A stretch of DNA of 64,000 nt from Octopus vulgaris (lineage: Eukaryota). The notes under the pieces were generated by a model, which was not told where the DNA came from, did no database searches, and was given only the letters and a program-made list of their open reading frames with translations. The stretch is from positions 69,812,001-69,876,000 of the forward strand of contig OX597832.1 in NCBI GenBank assembly GCA_951406725.2, given 5' to 3'. Positions 1 to 11,565 of this stretch are shown here, piece after piece. The translations under genes and the position numbers were made by a program. Numbering within the stretch: the stretch's first letter is position 1; each line of letters opens with the position of its first letter.

Positions 1-255
1 TTTTTTAATCATTCCTAGAGATCCGATAATCACTGGTACTGTAGTTGCCTTGAGATGCCACATTTTTTCAATTTCTATTAGCAAGTCTTCATATTTACTG
101 ATCTTGTCAAATTCTTTCGCCGTTATATTGTGATCGCAAGGAATACTCATGTCAATTAATAAACACACCTTTTTTGTCTGATCTTTTATAATAATATCCG
201 GTTTATTAGCTTTTATAGTTTTGTCGGTATGTACGGGGAAGTCCCAGAGAATCGA
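1..255 (-). mobile_element. R4/Dong-like non-LTR retrotransposon fragment (RLE domain), runs off the window
   Basis: Minus-strand translation ILWDFPVHTDKTIKANKPDIIIKDQTKKVCLLIDMSIPCDHNITAKEFDKISKYEDLLIEIEKMWHLKATTVPVIIGSLGMIKK contains the PD..D..K..KY RLE motif; (TAA)n tract nearby at 348-430. Confidence 0.9.
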
Positions 256-348
256 CAGTCACAACTTCAAGATGATGTTTATACCATTTGTCAGTGGTTT
301 TGAAATGTCCAGTGTAAATACTGGTCGACTCTGTCATGTTTTGCTTTA

Positions 349-406
<58 letters not shown>

Positions 407-447
407 GTTATTATTATTATTATTATTATTTATGTAGAAAAGAGTTT

Positions 448-545
448 CGGAATGGAGTAGGTAAAATATGTTTCATAGTGACCAGAACCACAGCAGTGGT
501 AAAACTCCAAGCGTGGTGTATACAGCCGGCTACTCTTGAAGTCAT
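448..545 (-). mobile_element. Degenerate PLE terminal-repeat fragment, same family as 10331-10838
   Basis: ggaatggagtag...tgtttcatag...ggtaaaactccaagcg...gtatac...ggctactctt aligns by eye with 10336-10435. Confidence 0.55.
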
Positions 546-915
546 AGATAAAATTAAAGGTTACACAGCCGCAAGGAGGTACATGTTGAGGCATACTTAT
601 CAGAGATGGAAGTAGTAACTATAGTGAGAAATCATGATTATCTCCACATTAATATGGCTGTTCCGCAGGAACAGTGACGATGGGCACAAGTAGCACAGAA
701 CCGTATGGTATGGTGATCCCGTTGTCTGTTAGCAGATCCTAGAGGTTCGTTCTCCTGCTTGCAATATATATCGTGTGCTATTTGCATCAATAACCAGCTG
801 GTGGAGGCTGCTCCTGGGGCTAAAAAAGCAAACGGGAGTAACGTCAATTCCTTTGGAACAGTCATGTTGATGTAGTGGTTTACATTACTTACGCGCGCGC
901 GCACACACACAAACG

Positions 916-951
<36 letters not shown>

Positions 952-1589
952 CACACACACACACACGCGCACATATAGAGATAAATATAGATAGATAGAT
1001 GCAGAAAGAGAGAGAGAGTGAGAGATAAGGCAGAGAGAGAGAATGAGAATGAGAAGGAAAGAGAAAGAAATCGAAACACAACAGGATCTAGAGATAAAGA
1101 AGACATGTGAATAAAAGGTAGACAGAGAAAGAGAGAGGGGGAGGGAGGGAGAGAGTGGGGGAGGGAGGGAGAGAGAGGGGGAGGGAGGGAGAGAGAGAGA
1201 AAGTAAGAAACAAACGCTGAAAGATAGACAGACACGTAGACATTGAAGAAGAGGACGAACAGAATGGTTTCAAAATAACCGTTCCGAAGTCAGTAATTCT
1301 AGATAAATCGTATTCAAGGAAACAATAAATAACTGAAGATATTCAACAAAGAATGCAGTTTAGGAATGATGTCAGCTTTAAAACAACCAACTTTTACTAA
1401 TTTAACGAAATTGTTTTAATACAATAGACGAAAGTTATACAGATTTGTCTATTTTTCTTGGTAACCGTTTTTCTGTTTCCAAGGTAACTTCACAGAAAAT
1501 TAATTCTATTCTATTGTTTTGTTTTAGCTTATTTTGTAGCTGATAATATTATACTAGTAATAGTATTCGTAGTATTCGTAGTAGTATTC

Positions 1590-1635
<46 letters not shown>

Positions 1636-1901
1636 CTGGTAAATCTTCAAGTGGACCTCATTTTCTTCAATACAAATTATTCTTTGTAAGTGTATTTGCG
1701 AATGTATACAAAGAAACATACATACATACACATATATGTATATACATATACATATGTGTGTGTGCGTGTGTTTGAGTGCTTATATACAGTATAAATATGT
1801 CTATATATGTATGTGTAGGAGAGAGAGATCGCGTGCGTATGTGTATATACATGCTTCTCTCTATATATATTTGGATACATACATACACACATACACACAT
1901 A

Positions 1902-2125
1902 TTCTTTTATTCGTTTACATGTTTCAGTCATTTGACTGCGGCCATGCTGGAGCACCGCCTTTAGTCGTGCAAATCGACTCCAGCACTTAACCCTCCTAAT
2001 CCTTGTACTTATTCTATCGGTCTCTGTTGTCGAACCGCTCGATAACGGGAATGTAAACACATCATCATGGGTTGTCAAGCGATGTTGGGGAGACAAACAC
2101 ACACGCACACAAACACATATACATA
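1902..2125 (-). mobile_element. tRNA-derived SINE family B, 3' half
   Basis: Matches the 3' half of the complete copy at 54680-55122 (tgtttcagtcatttgactgcggccatgctggagcaccgcc...). Confidence 0.85.
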
Positions 2126-2130
2126 CATAA

Positions 2131-2220
<90 letters not shown>

Positions 2221-2228
<8 letters not shown>

Positions 2229-2876
2229 ATATTTCGGAATGGTCATATTGCCAGTTTAGCCAATAAAAACACACGCACTATATATTTGGTGTTATTTTGC
2301 TTCAGTGATATTTATTTTTTACATTAATCTTAATCTTATTTCGGCCAGAGTTCTTTCGTCACACTCCTGTGACCGCATCAGTGGTCCTTTGTTTTCTTCT
2401 TTCGTATTTCTGTCTCTCCTTACTAACCGTCAGCCATTTTGTATTTCTATTGTATGTCTTCATTTGCGCATGCTTATATCTCTATGTGCGTCTATGTTTA
2501 TTTAGTGTGTGTGGGGGGGATGCCTGTAATATTTGTATCTTCTGTTTATATACATTCATGTAATTTGTATTTTGTTTTTGTTGTTGTTGGTTTTGTTCTA
2601 ATTTTGTTCATGTGTTTACATCGACCCATTATTATCATTACATATGCTTGTATGTATGTATAACAACAATATTAGTAATAATAATAATAAATCTAATCGA
2701 AAAAAAAAGATTAAGATTAATGTAAAAAATAAATATCACTGAAGCAAAATAACACCAAATATATAGTGCGCGTGTTTTTATTGGCTAAACTGGCAATATG
2801 ACCATTCCGAAATATAACAATATCTGTTTCAACACACGACTTCACATAAAAAATCTTGCACAACAAATATTTAAAC

Positions 2877-2877
<1 letters not shown>
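2221..2877. mobile_element. Non-coding PLE-type fold-back insertion in (TA)n
   Basis: Near-perfect inverted arms 2221-2336 and 2708-2823, unpaired tail 2824-2877, (TA)n on both flanks, HHR-like motif inside. Confidence 0.75.
2345..2384 (-). ncRNA. Minimal type-I hammerhead ribozyme-like motif, variant core CUGAUGC
   Basis: Reverse complement reads CCA CUGAUGC G GUCACA-GGAG-UGUGAC GAAA G-AA-C UC UGG: stem I CCA/UGG, 6-bp stem II, CUC cleavage triplet; core A9 is C. Confidence 0.6.
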
Positions 2878-2928
<51 letters not shown>

Positions 2929-2934
2929 CATATA

Positions 2935-4326
2935 TATAAGTTCAGCAAAAATTTAGATTCAAATGAATATGATACTTAATTTAGTTGCACCAGAATTCTG
3001 TATGGTGTTATACATAAAAATCCGTGGGGTGATTATAATCAAAATGAGCAACAAGAATGACTCCGGTAATTTGGTACAATCGTTTCGTACTACATCATTT
3101 TATTAAATGTTGTAAGTATTGCAACAGTTTTAAAATGTTGAGCACTCATCAGCCAATTAAAGAGGTTTTCCTTCAATACAAAAAATGTCATATCAAGTGG
3201 CAACATTATAGAGAAAGTAGATACATAGACAAAGATGTGGATTTAAATTTTAAGAACATTTGAGGTAGTGGAGCCCATCAACTGACTGACTAAGATTCAG
3301 TTGTTCCAGACTACTGTAAGGATCTGAGAGGGAAGAACAAATGAAAAGAGACAATAAAGATTTTCTAATTATAGAAGTGGGGTAAAGGGGGTGTCATAGC
3401 TCCATATAAGGAATTTATGTAGAAGATAGCATTGTCACAACTAAATGCCAATTACTACCATTTGATGAACATATTCAGCGTTAGGAGAACTAGGTCAAAG
3501 TCAAATGGTCACAATAACATTCACAGAGAATGCAGAGACTTTACGAACCCTATGCATATCAACCCAACAGTTGGTCTATAAGTACCAAGTACTTTGACAC
3601 GTTAGAATAAAGGAAAAAATATAAATCTAAAATTTATTCAAATTTGGAGAAAGAGACTATCACTTAATATGAGTAGGCATAGTACTTATTACCTGGGGGG
3701 AAAGCCTTATTAATCAAGTGAACATATTAGGGGTCAAAATATGTACTAAGAAAGATGGAAGAGGGAAAATCAAAGAAGGAAGATATTCATAGGTTTAGTA
3801 GAAGGCGATATTTTATAATACGAAGAGAGGTAATTTAGAAGAGTAAATTATTCAAATTTCATGGATAGTGAGTTGATATTAATGAATTAAAATATAGGAT
3901 CTATTGGAAATAAAATTTACTACCTGCGGATAAAAGTTAATTAGTTGGGAAAAATATCTTAGGTTAATTATATATTAAGAAATGCGAGTGAGATGATCAA
4001 GATGAACCAAATAGTTTCCCTAGGGACATAGGATTAATGCTACTTAGTATTGGAGAACATTATAAAAAAGAAGAATTTAATTCTAAGTTTGCAATGAAGT
4101 TATTTAGTCATTTATGGGTGTTAAACTAAAACCAGTATGGTATATTCGTTCCTATTTGGTTAAATATATTTTGTAAAGATATCTTAGACTAATTATATAT
4201 TAAGAAATGGAAGTGAGATAATCAAGGTGAACTAAATAGTTTCTTTATGGACATAAGATTCATACTATTTGGGATTCATACTATTTAGGATTCCAACTAT
4301 TCAGTTCACCCTGATTATCTCACTGT
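2935..4326. mobile_element. Degenerate repeat, probably PLE-derived, with direct and inverted terminal copies
   Basis: An ~70-nt unit (taattatatattaagaaatg..agtgagat.atcaag.tgaac.aaatagtt) at ~3965 and ~4190, partly inverted at ~4295-4325; decayed ctgatgag motif on the minus strand near 3150. Confidence 0.4.
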
Positions 4327-4468
4327 ATACGACTGGCTTCTTTCAGTTTCCGTCTACCAAATCCACTCACAAGGAAAAGGTCGTCCCGAGGTGCCACGCA
4401 GTGGGACTGAGCCCGGAAACATGTGGTTTGTAAGCAAGCTGCTTACCACACAGCCACTCCTGCGCCTG
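4326..4468 (-). mobile_element. tRNA-derived SINE family B, 5' head
   Basis: Matches the head of 54680-55122; reverse complement aggcgcaggagtggctgtgtggtaag...tccgggctcagtccc has A/B-box-like motifs. Confidence 0.85.
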
Positions 4469-4687
4469 TGTATATGTATGTGCATATATATTCATTGACT
4501 TCAAATATATATAGCACACACACAGTGTGTATAACATAAGCTGGAGAAATGCGAAACTGTTTATATCAAAGCAACTATTGTCATGGCCAACGAATTTTAT
4601 CTAGATATGCATATACCTACGTGTATGTATATCTGTGAGTGTCTGTGTGCGCGCATCTGAATGTATGTATGTGTGAGTGCATATATG

Positions 4688-4754
<67 letters not shown>

Positions 4755-5193
4755 CATATATCAATCTATCTATGGGGAGAGAGACAGAGAAAGCTAGAGA
4801 AAAAATTTGGAAAAAAATAAGAATAAGCAGTACCTATATTAACATAAATGTTGTTATAGACAACTAATTTTGTTTTTACTGCGAGTAACATAGCAGACAA
4901 TTCGTTGTTACTGTATGCTAACTGAATTGCATACAGTTTTTTATACAGATCTACAGGTATAAATATATGCATCCTAACGTATATTTATCTCACATTTTAT
5001 CGACCTCTACTTTCTTAACATCACTCCCGCTCTTCATTTGTCATTTGTTCATTACTCTGGCTCCCTCTCTTTCCCCATCCCTTTCTCTATACACACGCAC
5101 ACATACATACATACATACATATAGATAAATTGATAGATATACAAGCATATATATATGTGTGTTTGTGTATGTATTGATATATATGCATATATG

Positions 5194-5237
<44 letters not shown>

Positions 5238-5798
5238 TATATATGTGTTACAGTATGTTGTGTTTTTGTCATTATACCTTAGTGTTTAGCCAAAAGGAGC
5301 CCATTGAATAAATAGCAGATCCTAAAAATTTTTTGACGTTGATTTGTTCTACAAAAGCCAACCTTTCGAGACTGACCCCAGTATGGCCACAATCTAAGGA
5401 ACAAAACAAGTTAATTATGAAACATTTTACACTGTAAATTTCAAATAATCTTTTTTGTTTTTATCATTTTCTCTGGGGTTTTTTAAATTTTCTTTGTTTT
5501 TCTATTTTCTGTTCTGCTATTGGACTGTTCCCTACGCCTGGTCATTATAGAAATCTTCTGGTTGGTATGAGCGACGAAGTTTTCGATTAAACTCTAGACG
5601 TCGGTGCGGTTGATCTAGCTGGTCTCTTTTGGAGGACTTGTGGGTCTAGTACTGCCAGGGGTAATTTCTAGAAATCTCTTACCTGGTAGTGTTATCAAAA
5701 CTCACTGACCGCTGGAGATAATGTCAACAAGCACGGAAATGCTACCAAGCAGATTCGTCCGAAATGCACGCAGAGCGATGAAACCGTTCTGCACTCAC

Positions 5799-5992
5799 CT
5801 GCACAGCGTCCATGTGGGACGAAACCGAGTAGCCAGCTAATCTATCGTGAGGATCGTCCCAGCACCCACCTTTAACAAAACAGGGCAAGTGATGTAGCTC
5901 TGTCTTGTAGCTATCATCAATGACATTGTGTGTTGGGTAAGACTGAAAGGACTGAAGAAAAACACGTTCGTCATCGACGATTTTAATTTCCA
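5799..5992 (-). CDS. Candidate host exon of an unidentified gene (194 nt)
   Basis: Long polypyrimidine tract plus AAG acceptor, CAG|GTGAGT donor, only one open frame: (V)EIKIVDDERVFLQSFQSYPTHNVIDDSYKTELHHLPCFVKGGCWDDPHDRLAGYSVSSHMDAVQ. Non-repetitive sequence; may be partly 5'UTR. Confidence 0.6.
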
Positions 5993-6179
5993 CTTGGAAA
6001 GGAAAGAGAGGAGAAAGAGAGGAGAAAGAGAGAGAGAGGGAAGTGCGACCTCCGAATGAATTTAGGAAAAGACGAGTGATTGTGGCAAAAATGGGTAGAA
6101 TGAATGACCCTTCTCTGAGCATGCACCTGTAGGCTAGAGAACAACAGGTGAACAAAGGCTCGTCTTTTGTCGGTCAGAT

Positions 6180-6258
6180 TAATCGGCGGAATTTGAACTC
6201 AGACGAAATACCGCTAAGCATTTCGCACGGCGTACTAACGTTTCTGCCAGCTCGCCGT
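6180..6258 (-). mobile_element. tRNA-derived SINE family A, 5' fragment
   Basis: Reverse complement ggcgagctggcagaaacgttag...gagttcaaattccgccg (A and B boxes); many copies in the window. Confidence 0.8.
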
Positions 6259-6359
6259 CTTTTTTTCTATTTCTTTCTCCTCGTCTTTTTATATTAACTG
6301 CCACACCAATTGTGGTCTTCCCCCTTGTGATATCTCCTTTGCCTATGTCCGCTGGTTAA

Positions 6360-6572
6360 GGTAGTGAGCTGGCAGAATCCTCAGCACTCAGGGCAAAATG
6401 CTTACTAGCATTTCGTCCGTCTTCACGTTCTGGGTTCAAATTTTGTCGTGGTCGACTTTGCCTTTCATCTTTGACGGAACAATAAACTAAGTACCGGTTG
6501 AGTGCTGGGGTTGATGCAATTGACTTAACCTTCCCACGAACTTTCAGGCTTTGTGCCTAGAGTAGAAAAGAA
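6360..6572 (+). mobile_element. tRNA-derived SINE family A
   Basis: gagctggcagaatc...ggttcaaatt...gtcgactttgcctttcatc, ends in (TTA)n. Confidence 0.85.
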
Positions 6573-6591
6573 TTTTTTTTATTATTATTAC

Positions 6592-6673
<82 letters not shown>

Positions 6674-6681
6674 TTTATTAC

Positions 6682-6723
<42 letters not shown>

Positions 6724-6727
<4 letters not shown>

Positions 6728-7440
6728 TAGTTTTATTTTTATTTTTATAGCGTGCTTTCACTTCACTACCGAGCGCAGCTCTGTGTGCCTTGGGTATGTG
6801 CTGTGATTTGTTGTGATGCTCTGATGGTTATTGTATGGAAAGTGTTCTGCGTAGGATGTGTGCAGTACCTAGTAGTGCAATTTTCTGTATGTTATATGTG
6901 TTTGTAAGTCCTGGTGTTTTTGTTATGTATTTGTCTGAATATTTTTTTATCATGCCTAATGCACCTACTATGATAGGAGTTGTTTCTGTTTTCAGATTCC
7001 ACATTCTAGTTACCTCTATTTCCAGGTCTTTGTATTTTGAGAGTTTCTCCATTTCTTTTAGAGACACGTTGTCATCTGCCGGTACTGATACATCAATTAG
7101 AAAGCATTTTTTTCTTCATGGTCTCTGACAACTATATCTGGTCTGTTGGCCTTAATTTCTCTATCTGTGTGTATCGGCATATCCCAGAGTATGGTTGCTT
7201 TCTCGTTTTCTGTGACCTTTTCTGGTGTGTGCCTATACCATCTTTTTTCTGTTGTTATTCCATAATGTTGGCATAGCTTCCAATGTATGTAAGTTCCAAC
7301 TCTGTCATGTCTGTGAATATATTCCTTCTTAGCCAGGACTGGGCAGCTAGAGATAATATGATTTATTGTTTCTTGTCCATCTCCACATATTCTGCAGTTA
7401 CTTGTAATATTTCTTTTCATTACATGTTTTTGGTAATTTC
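6724..7440 (-). mobile_element. 5'-truncated R4/Dong-like LINE (CCHC knuckle, RLE, 3'UTR) in (TAA)n
   Basis: CRICGDGQETINHIISSC, HRHD, ANRPDIVV, EKLSKYKDL, PIIVGALG, ALLGTAHILRR*; one frameshift near 7105; (TAA)n tracts on both sides. Confidence 0.93.
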
Positions 7441-7464
7441 TTCTTCTTCTTCTTCTTCTTCTTC

Positions 7465-7586
<122 letters not shown>

Positions 7587-7642
7587 ATTATTATTATTAT
7601 TATTATCATTATTATTATTATTATTGTTGTTGTTGTTCTTAT

Positions 7643-7845
7643 GGCAGAATCTTTAGCACACCAGGCAATATGCTTAGTGATATTTCGCCTGTTGCAACGT
7701 TCCGAGTTCAAATTCCGCCGAGGTCGACTTTATCTTTCATCCTTTCGGAGTCGATAAATTAAGTGCCAGTTAAACAGTGGTCGATGTAATCGACTAGTCC
7801 CCCTCCCCACAAATTGCAGCTCTAGTGCTTATAGTAGAAAGGATT
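7643..7845 (+). mobile_element. tRNA-derived SINE family A
   Basis: ggcagaatc...gagttcaaattccgccgaggtcgacttt...gtcgatgtaatcgact. Confidence 0.85.
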
Positions 7846-7855
7846 ATCATCATCA

Positions 7856-7928
<73 letters not shown>

Positions 7929-8564
7929 TAGTAGTAGTAGTATAATTGTAGTTTATTGTTTTTAGTGTGTGAATATGCTTTTCTTGGATTCTTTATCTCC
8001 TCACCAAATGAGTTTAGCAAGCAAAGGTGTGTCTCTTGAACTTTTTTACTTTAATTTCTAACACGTGCTGGAGGTGGAGATACACATATACATACAGACA
8101 GATACATACAGACATACACATACACACACATACATACGCACGTGACCACACCTATGTATCAGTGCGTTTGTGTATACAACCGTCTATCACATGCACTCAC
8201 ACACGTGCGCACCACACATGACTACGAAGACGAAAGAAATATTTGGAGAGAAATGAAAGAGAGAGAGAGAGGGAGAGAGAAAGAAAAAAGAAAGGAAAAG
8301 AATACGAGAGAAACAGAGCAAACATATTTATAGCTTGCGTGTATATATGTCTATGTGTGTCTGTGTATGCGTGAGCGTGGTTCTGTTTCAGTGCGAGTAC
8401 GTGTGTGTTTGTATGTGTGTGTGTGTGTGTGTGTGCGCGCGCGCGCGAGCGTATGTGTCAGTGTGCATGTGTGAATGTTTGTGTGTATATGTGTCTGTGT
8501 GCGCGCGTATGTACGTGTGTGTGTGTGTGTGTAGCGGAAGCAAATCCTGATCTCAAAGATGGTG

Positions 8565-8695
8565 AACTCGTCACGAAGTCGTGTGGAGAGTTCTTTGTAG
8601 CGTGACGACTATCGTTAGGTGGTGTCACGACGTTAGGCCGGATTGACGTGTTCTGAAATCTCCACCGCCATTGGTTCATTCCCACCAATCACAGC
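8565..8695. promoter_or_regulatory. Candidate promoter/enhancer: CRE/ATF-like sites and two CCAAT boxes
   Basis: CpG-rich unique island with cgtca, gtgacg, ttgacgtg, attgg (~8670) and ccaatca (~8685). Confidence 0.35.
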
Positions 8696-9214
8696 AATTG
8701 TTCAGAGGCATTGAAGCAACTAATTACAAAGTAAAATAGCGTTCATAATTACAACAACAATAGCTATTTCGAATTATATTTCGTGTATTAATTAGCATTA
8801 ATGAAATTACATTATTAATATTTGATGTAATTATAACGAGAGTGCATCTAAAGCAATCGAATCCCTTGCGGGGGTCAAGGCAATCTTGGTTGTTGTTGTT
8901 GCTGTTGTTGTTAATGTGGTTAATGTTGTTGTTGCTGTTGTTAATATTGCTGTCGTTGTTGTTACCGTTGTAGCTGTTGCTATTTAACTTCTCGTTTTTA
9001 CTGTTGCTTTTGGTGCTGCTGTTGTGGTTGTTTATCTTGTTGCTGCTTACGCCTTGTTCAACTCTCATCTAGATGATCTATGATCAATGGCCTTCTACCC
9101 ACGAACTTCCAGAATTGTTCGTTTAATTGAAACTATGTCTGGTAGGGGCACGGGCGTCGGTTGAGTCAGCTTCTTAGTAAAATAATCGATGTTTTACAGT
9201 TATCTCAATAATAC

Positions 9215-9405
9215 CTATTTCTTTACTACCCATAAGGAGCTAAACACAGAGATGATAGACAAACGGATTAAGTCGATTACATCGACCCCAGTGCGTAACT
9301 GGTACTTATTTAATCGACCCCGAAAGGATGAAAGGCAAAGTCGACCTCGGCGACGAAATACGGCTACGCATGTCGCCCGGCGTGCTAACGTTTCTGCCAG
9401 CTCAC
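9215..9405 (-). mobile_element. tRNA-derived SINE family A, internally deleted
   Basis: Matches 32145-32385 and 48815-49035. Confidence 0.85.
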
Positions 9406-9679
9406 CGCATACAGCACGGAAACGAGAATGCTATGATGCCATAGAATGTATGGTTTATCATATATGTGTGTGTGTGTGATGTGTCAAATATATATAGATA
9501 TATATGTATATATGTATATATATATACCAATTAAGGACTGAACACGAAAAGTGGACAGTCAACATGCTAGATATAGACGTCAAATCGCCATTCACCACAA
9601 AAGATTATGTTCTCAGATCAAACTCAACACAAAACCATAGCAATAAACAAGTGAAAAATATACGAAATAAAATAATTAC

Positions 9680-9744
9680 CCATGTACTAACTTAGTTTCA
9701 GCTGTTATTTTCCGCAAGGAAAACTGCAGCCATCATCAGCATGG
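9680..9744 (-). ncRNA. Type-I hammerhead ribozyme (mirror copy of 9923-9987)
   Basis: Exact reverse complement of the plus-strand motif. Confidence 0.85.
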
Positions 9745-9922
9745 TCCGTTATAAATGTAATTTGCTGGACTAGATGCAAACACGATACCGAAATGTCGCG
9801 TGCATGGAGTTCAGCCTATCACATTTGAATATATCTTTCAAATGCCTTTACTTTGGCGCGTTGAAACCCGACATTTCGGTATCGTGTTTGCATCTAGTCC
9901 AGCAAATTACATTTATAACGGA

Positions 9923-9987
9923 CCATGCTGATGATGGCTGCAGTTTTCCTTGCGGAAAATAACAGCTGAAACTAAGTTAGTACATGG
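9923..9987 (+). ncRNA. Type-I hammerhead ribozyme
   Basis: CCAUG CUGAUGA U GGCUG..UUUUCC-UUGC-GGAAAA..CAGCU GAAA CUAAGUUAG UA CAUGG: stem I CCAUG/CAUGG, quasi-palindromic stem III, GUA cleavage triplet. Confidence 0.88.
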
Positions 9988-10236
9988 GTAATTATTTTAT
10001 TTCGTATATTTTTCACTTGTTTATTGCTATGGTTTTGTGTTGAGTTTGATCTGAGAACATAATCTTTTGTGGTGAATGGCGATTTGACGTCTATATCTAG
10101 CATGTTGACTGTCCACTTTTAGTGTTCAGTCCTTAATTGGTATATATAAATATTTTAATCTTCGGATTCTTTTTTAATATGCTAGACCACTGGTCTTAAT
10201 TGATAAATATCAATTTCTACCCTTAATTAATTTTAT

Positions 10237-10326
<90 letters not shown>

Positions 10327-10330
10327 AGAG

Positions 10331-10834
10331 TTAAGAAATGGAGTAGATAAGATCCGGGTTACATCTGTTTCATAGAGAGCGGAACTTCGGAGATGGTAAA
10401 TATCCGAGCGAACTGTATAATGCAGGCTACTCTTCAGACCAAGGAAATCTTGATTATTCTGATCATGTTAACATGTGCCTCATTACAAGAACGTAAAATT
10501 GATTCAATCAAGATACCTTTGGTCTGACGTGTATCCTGCGGTATACACCTCGCTTGGATATTCATTACTTCCGTGGTTCTGCTCGCTATGATACATATGT
10601 AGCCTGGATTTTATCTACTCCATTCCTTAACAATTGTATTCTTATTTGCATTCCCGGCAACTCTGGTTGCCTACCGTGAAATATGAATAGAGCTTTTCTC
10701 AATTTATCAAACATCAATAAAACAAAAATCTATCTTTCGTCTCAATAAATCACTCTTGTCCCTGAAAGTTGTTTTTTTTATATCTACTACGGATTGTTTG
10801 AAGCTAAATTTCTTCCTTACCTCGATCTTTGAAT

Positions 10835-10838
<4 letters not shown>
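10331..10838. mobile_element. Older PLE-type fold-back
   Basis: Diverged inverted arms ~10331-10455 and ~10505-10630, tail to ~10838, microsatellite flanks. Confidence 0.7.
10357..10440 (-). ncRNA. Type-I hammerhead ribozyme with extended stem II
   Basis: Reverse complement GGU CUGAAGA GUAG...CUAU GAAA CAGAUG UA ACC. The plus-strand partner (10521-10604) has a decayed core (CUGACGU, GAUA) but palindromic ACAUAUGU. Confidence 0.72.
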
Positions 10839-10894
<56 letters not shown>

Positions 10895-11053
10895 ATGAGA
10901 GGTAATGGTGTCAATAAGATCTAAAGGTATCAGGCAGTGCTGAGTAAGTACTGTGGACAGACCATAGTTAAGCTCCAGGTTTGGTGATTATGCGAATAAG
11001 GAGTACAATGTAGGTCATATATCAGCATGTATATATATAAAAAAAATTTTTTT

Positions 11054-11556
11054 AAGAATGAGATAAAAATTCAAGGCCGTGAAAGATTTTAGAACATTTA
11101 TAAATAGAAGGTTTTACAGCTGTTTCCGGGATACTTTATATATCCCTTCGTCGGAGACGGTGTGAGAAGATGGTTAAGCAATAGTTAATTTAGATAAGTG
11201 AAATACAGAGTGAAATGGAGGAATGAAATTAGATGTTAGAAATGCAGGGATATTGCATCTATAATTCGAATGACCAATTTTAAATACTAATGGAACTTAC
11301 TCACAAGTTATTGGAATCTTATATGTATACCATTCTGCTGAAATAATGGATCTACAGATGCAATATCCCTGCATATCTCACATCTATTTTCATTCCTTCA
11401 CTTCACTCTCTATTTCATATCTTATCTAAATTAACTATTGCTTCACCACACCGTCTCCAATGAAAGGATATATAAAATATCCCGGAAACAGCTGTAAGAA
11501 CTTCTATTTATAAATGTTCTAAAATCTTTCACGGCCTTGGATTTTTTATCTCATTC
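11054..11556. mobile_element. PLE-type fold-back
   Basis: Inverted arms ~11054-11262 and ~11352-11556, moderately diverged. Confidence 0.75.
11111..11158 (-). ncRNA. Hammerhead ribozyme-like motif, variant core CCGACGA
   Basis: Reverse complement GUCU CCGACGA A GGGAUA-UAUAAAG-UAUCCC G GAAA CAGCUG UA AAAC with palindromic stem III ACAGCUGU; partner arm at 11453-11500 reads CCAAUGA. Confidence 0.62.
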
Positions 11557-11565
11557 GGGAAAAAA

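Larger units (their letters stand above)
9521..10240. mobile_element. Young PLE-type fold-back (inverted pseudo-LTR) in (TA)n
   Basis: Arms 9521-9798 and 9869-10146 are reverse complements with one mismatch seen; 70-nt spacer; unpaired 3' tail to ~10240; HHR in each arm. Confidence 0.85.

Noticed and set aside
3125-3156. ctgatgag motif on the minus strand as an HHR
   Set aside because: GAAA and stems are not intact; at most a decayed remnant
8724-9068. Asn-rich 114-aa minus-strand ORF
   Set aside because: Mostly degenerate (AAC)n repeat; begins inside a dispersed repeat; no domain or splice support
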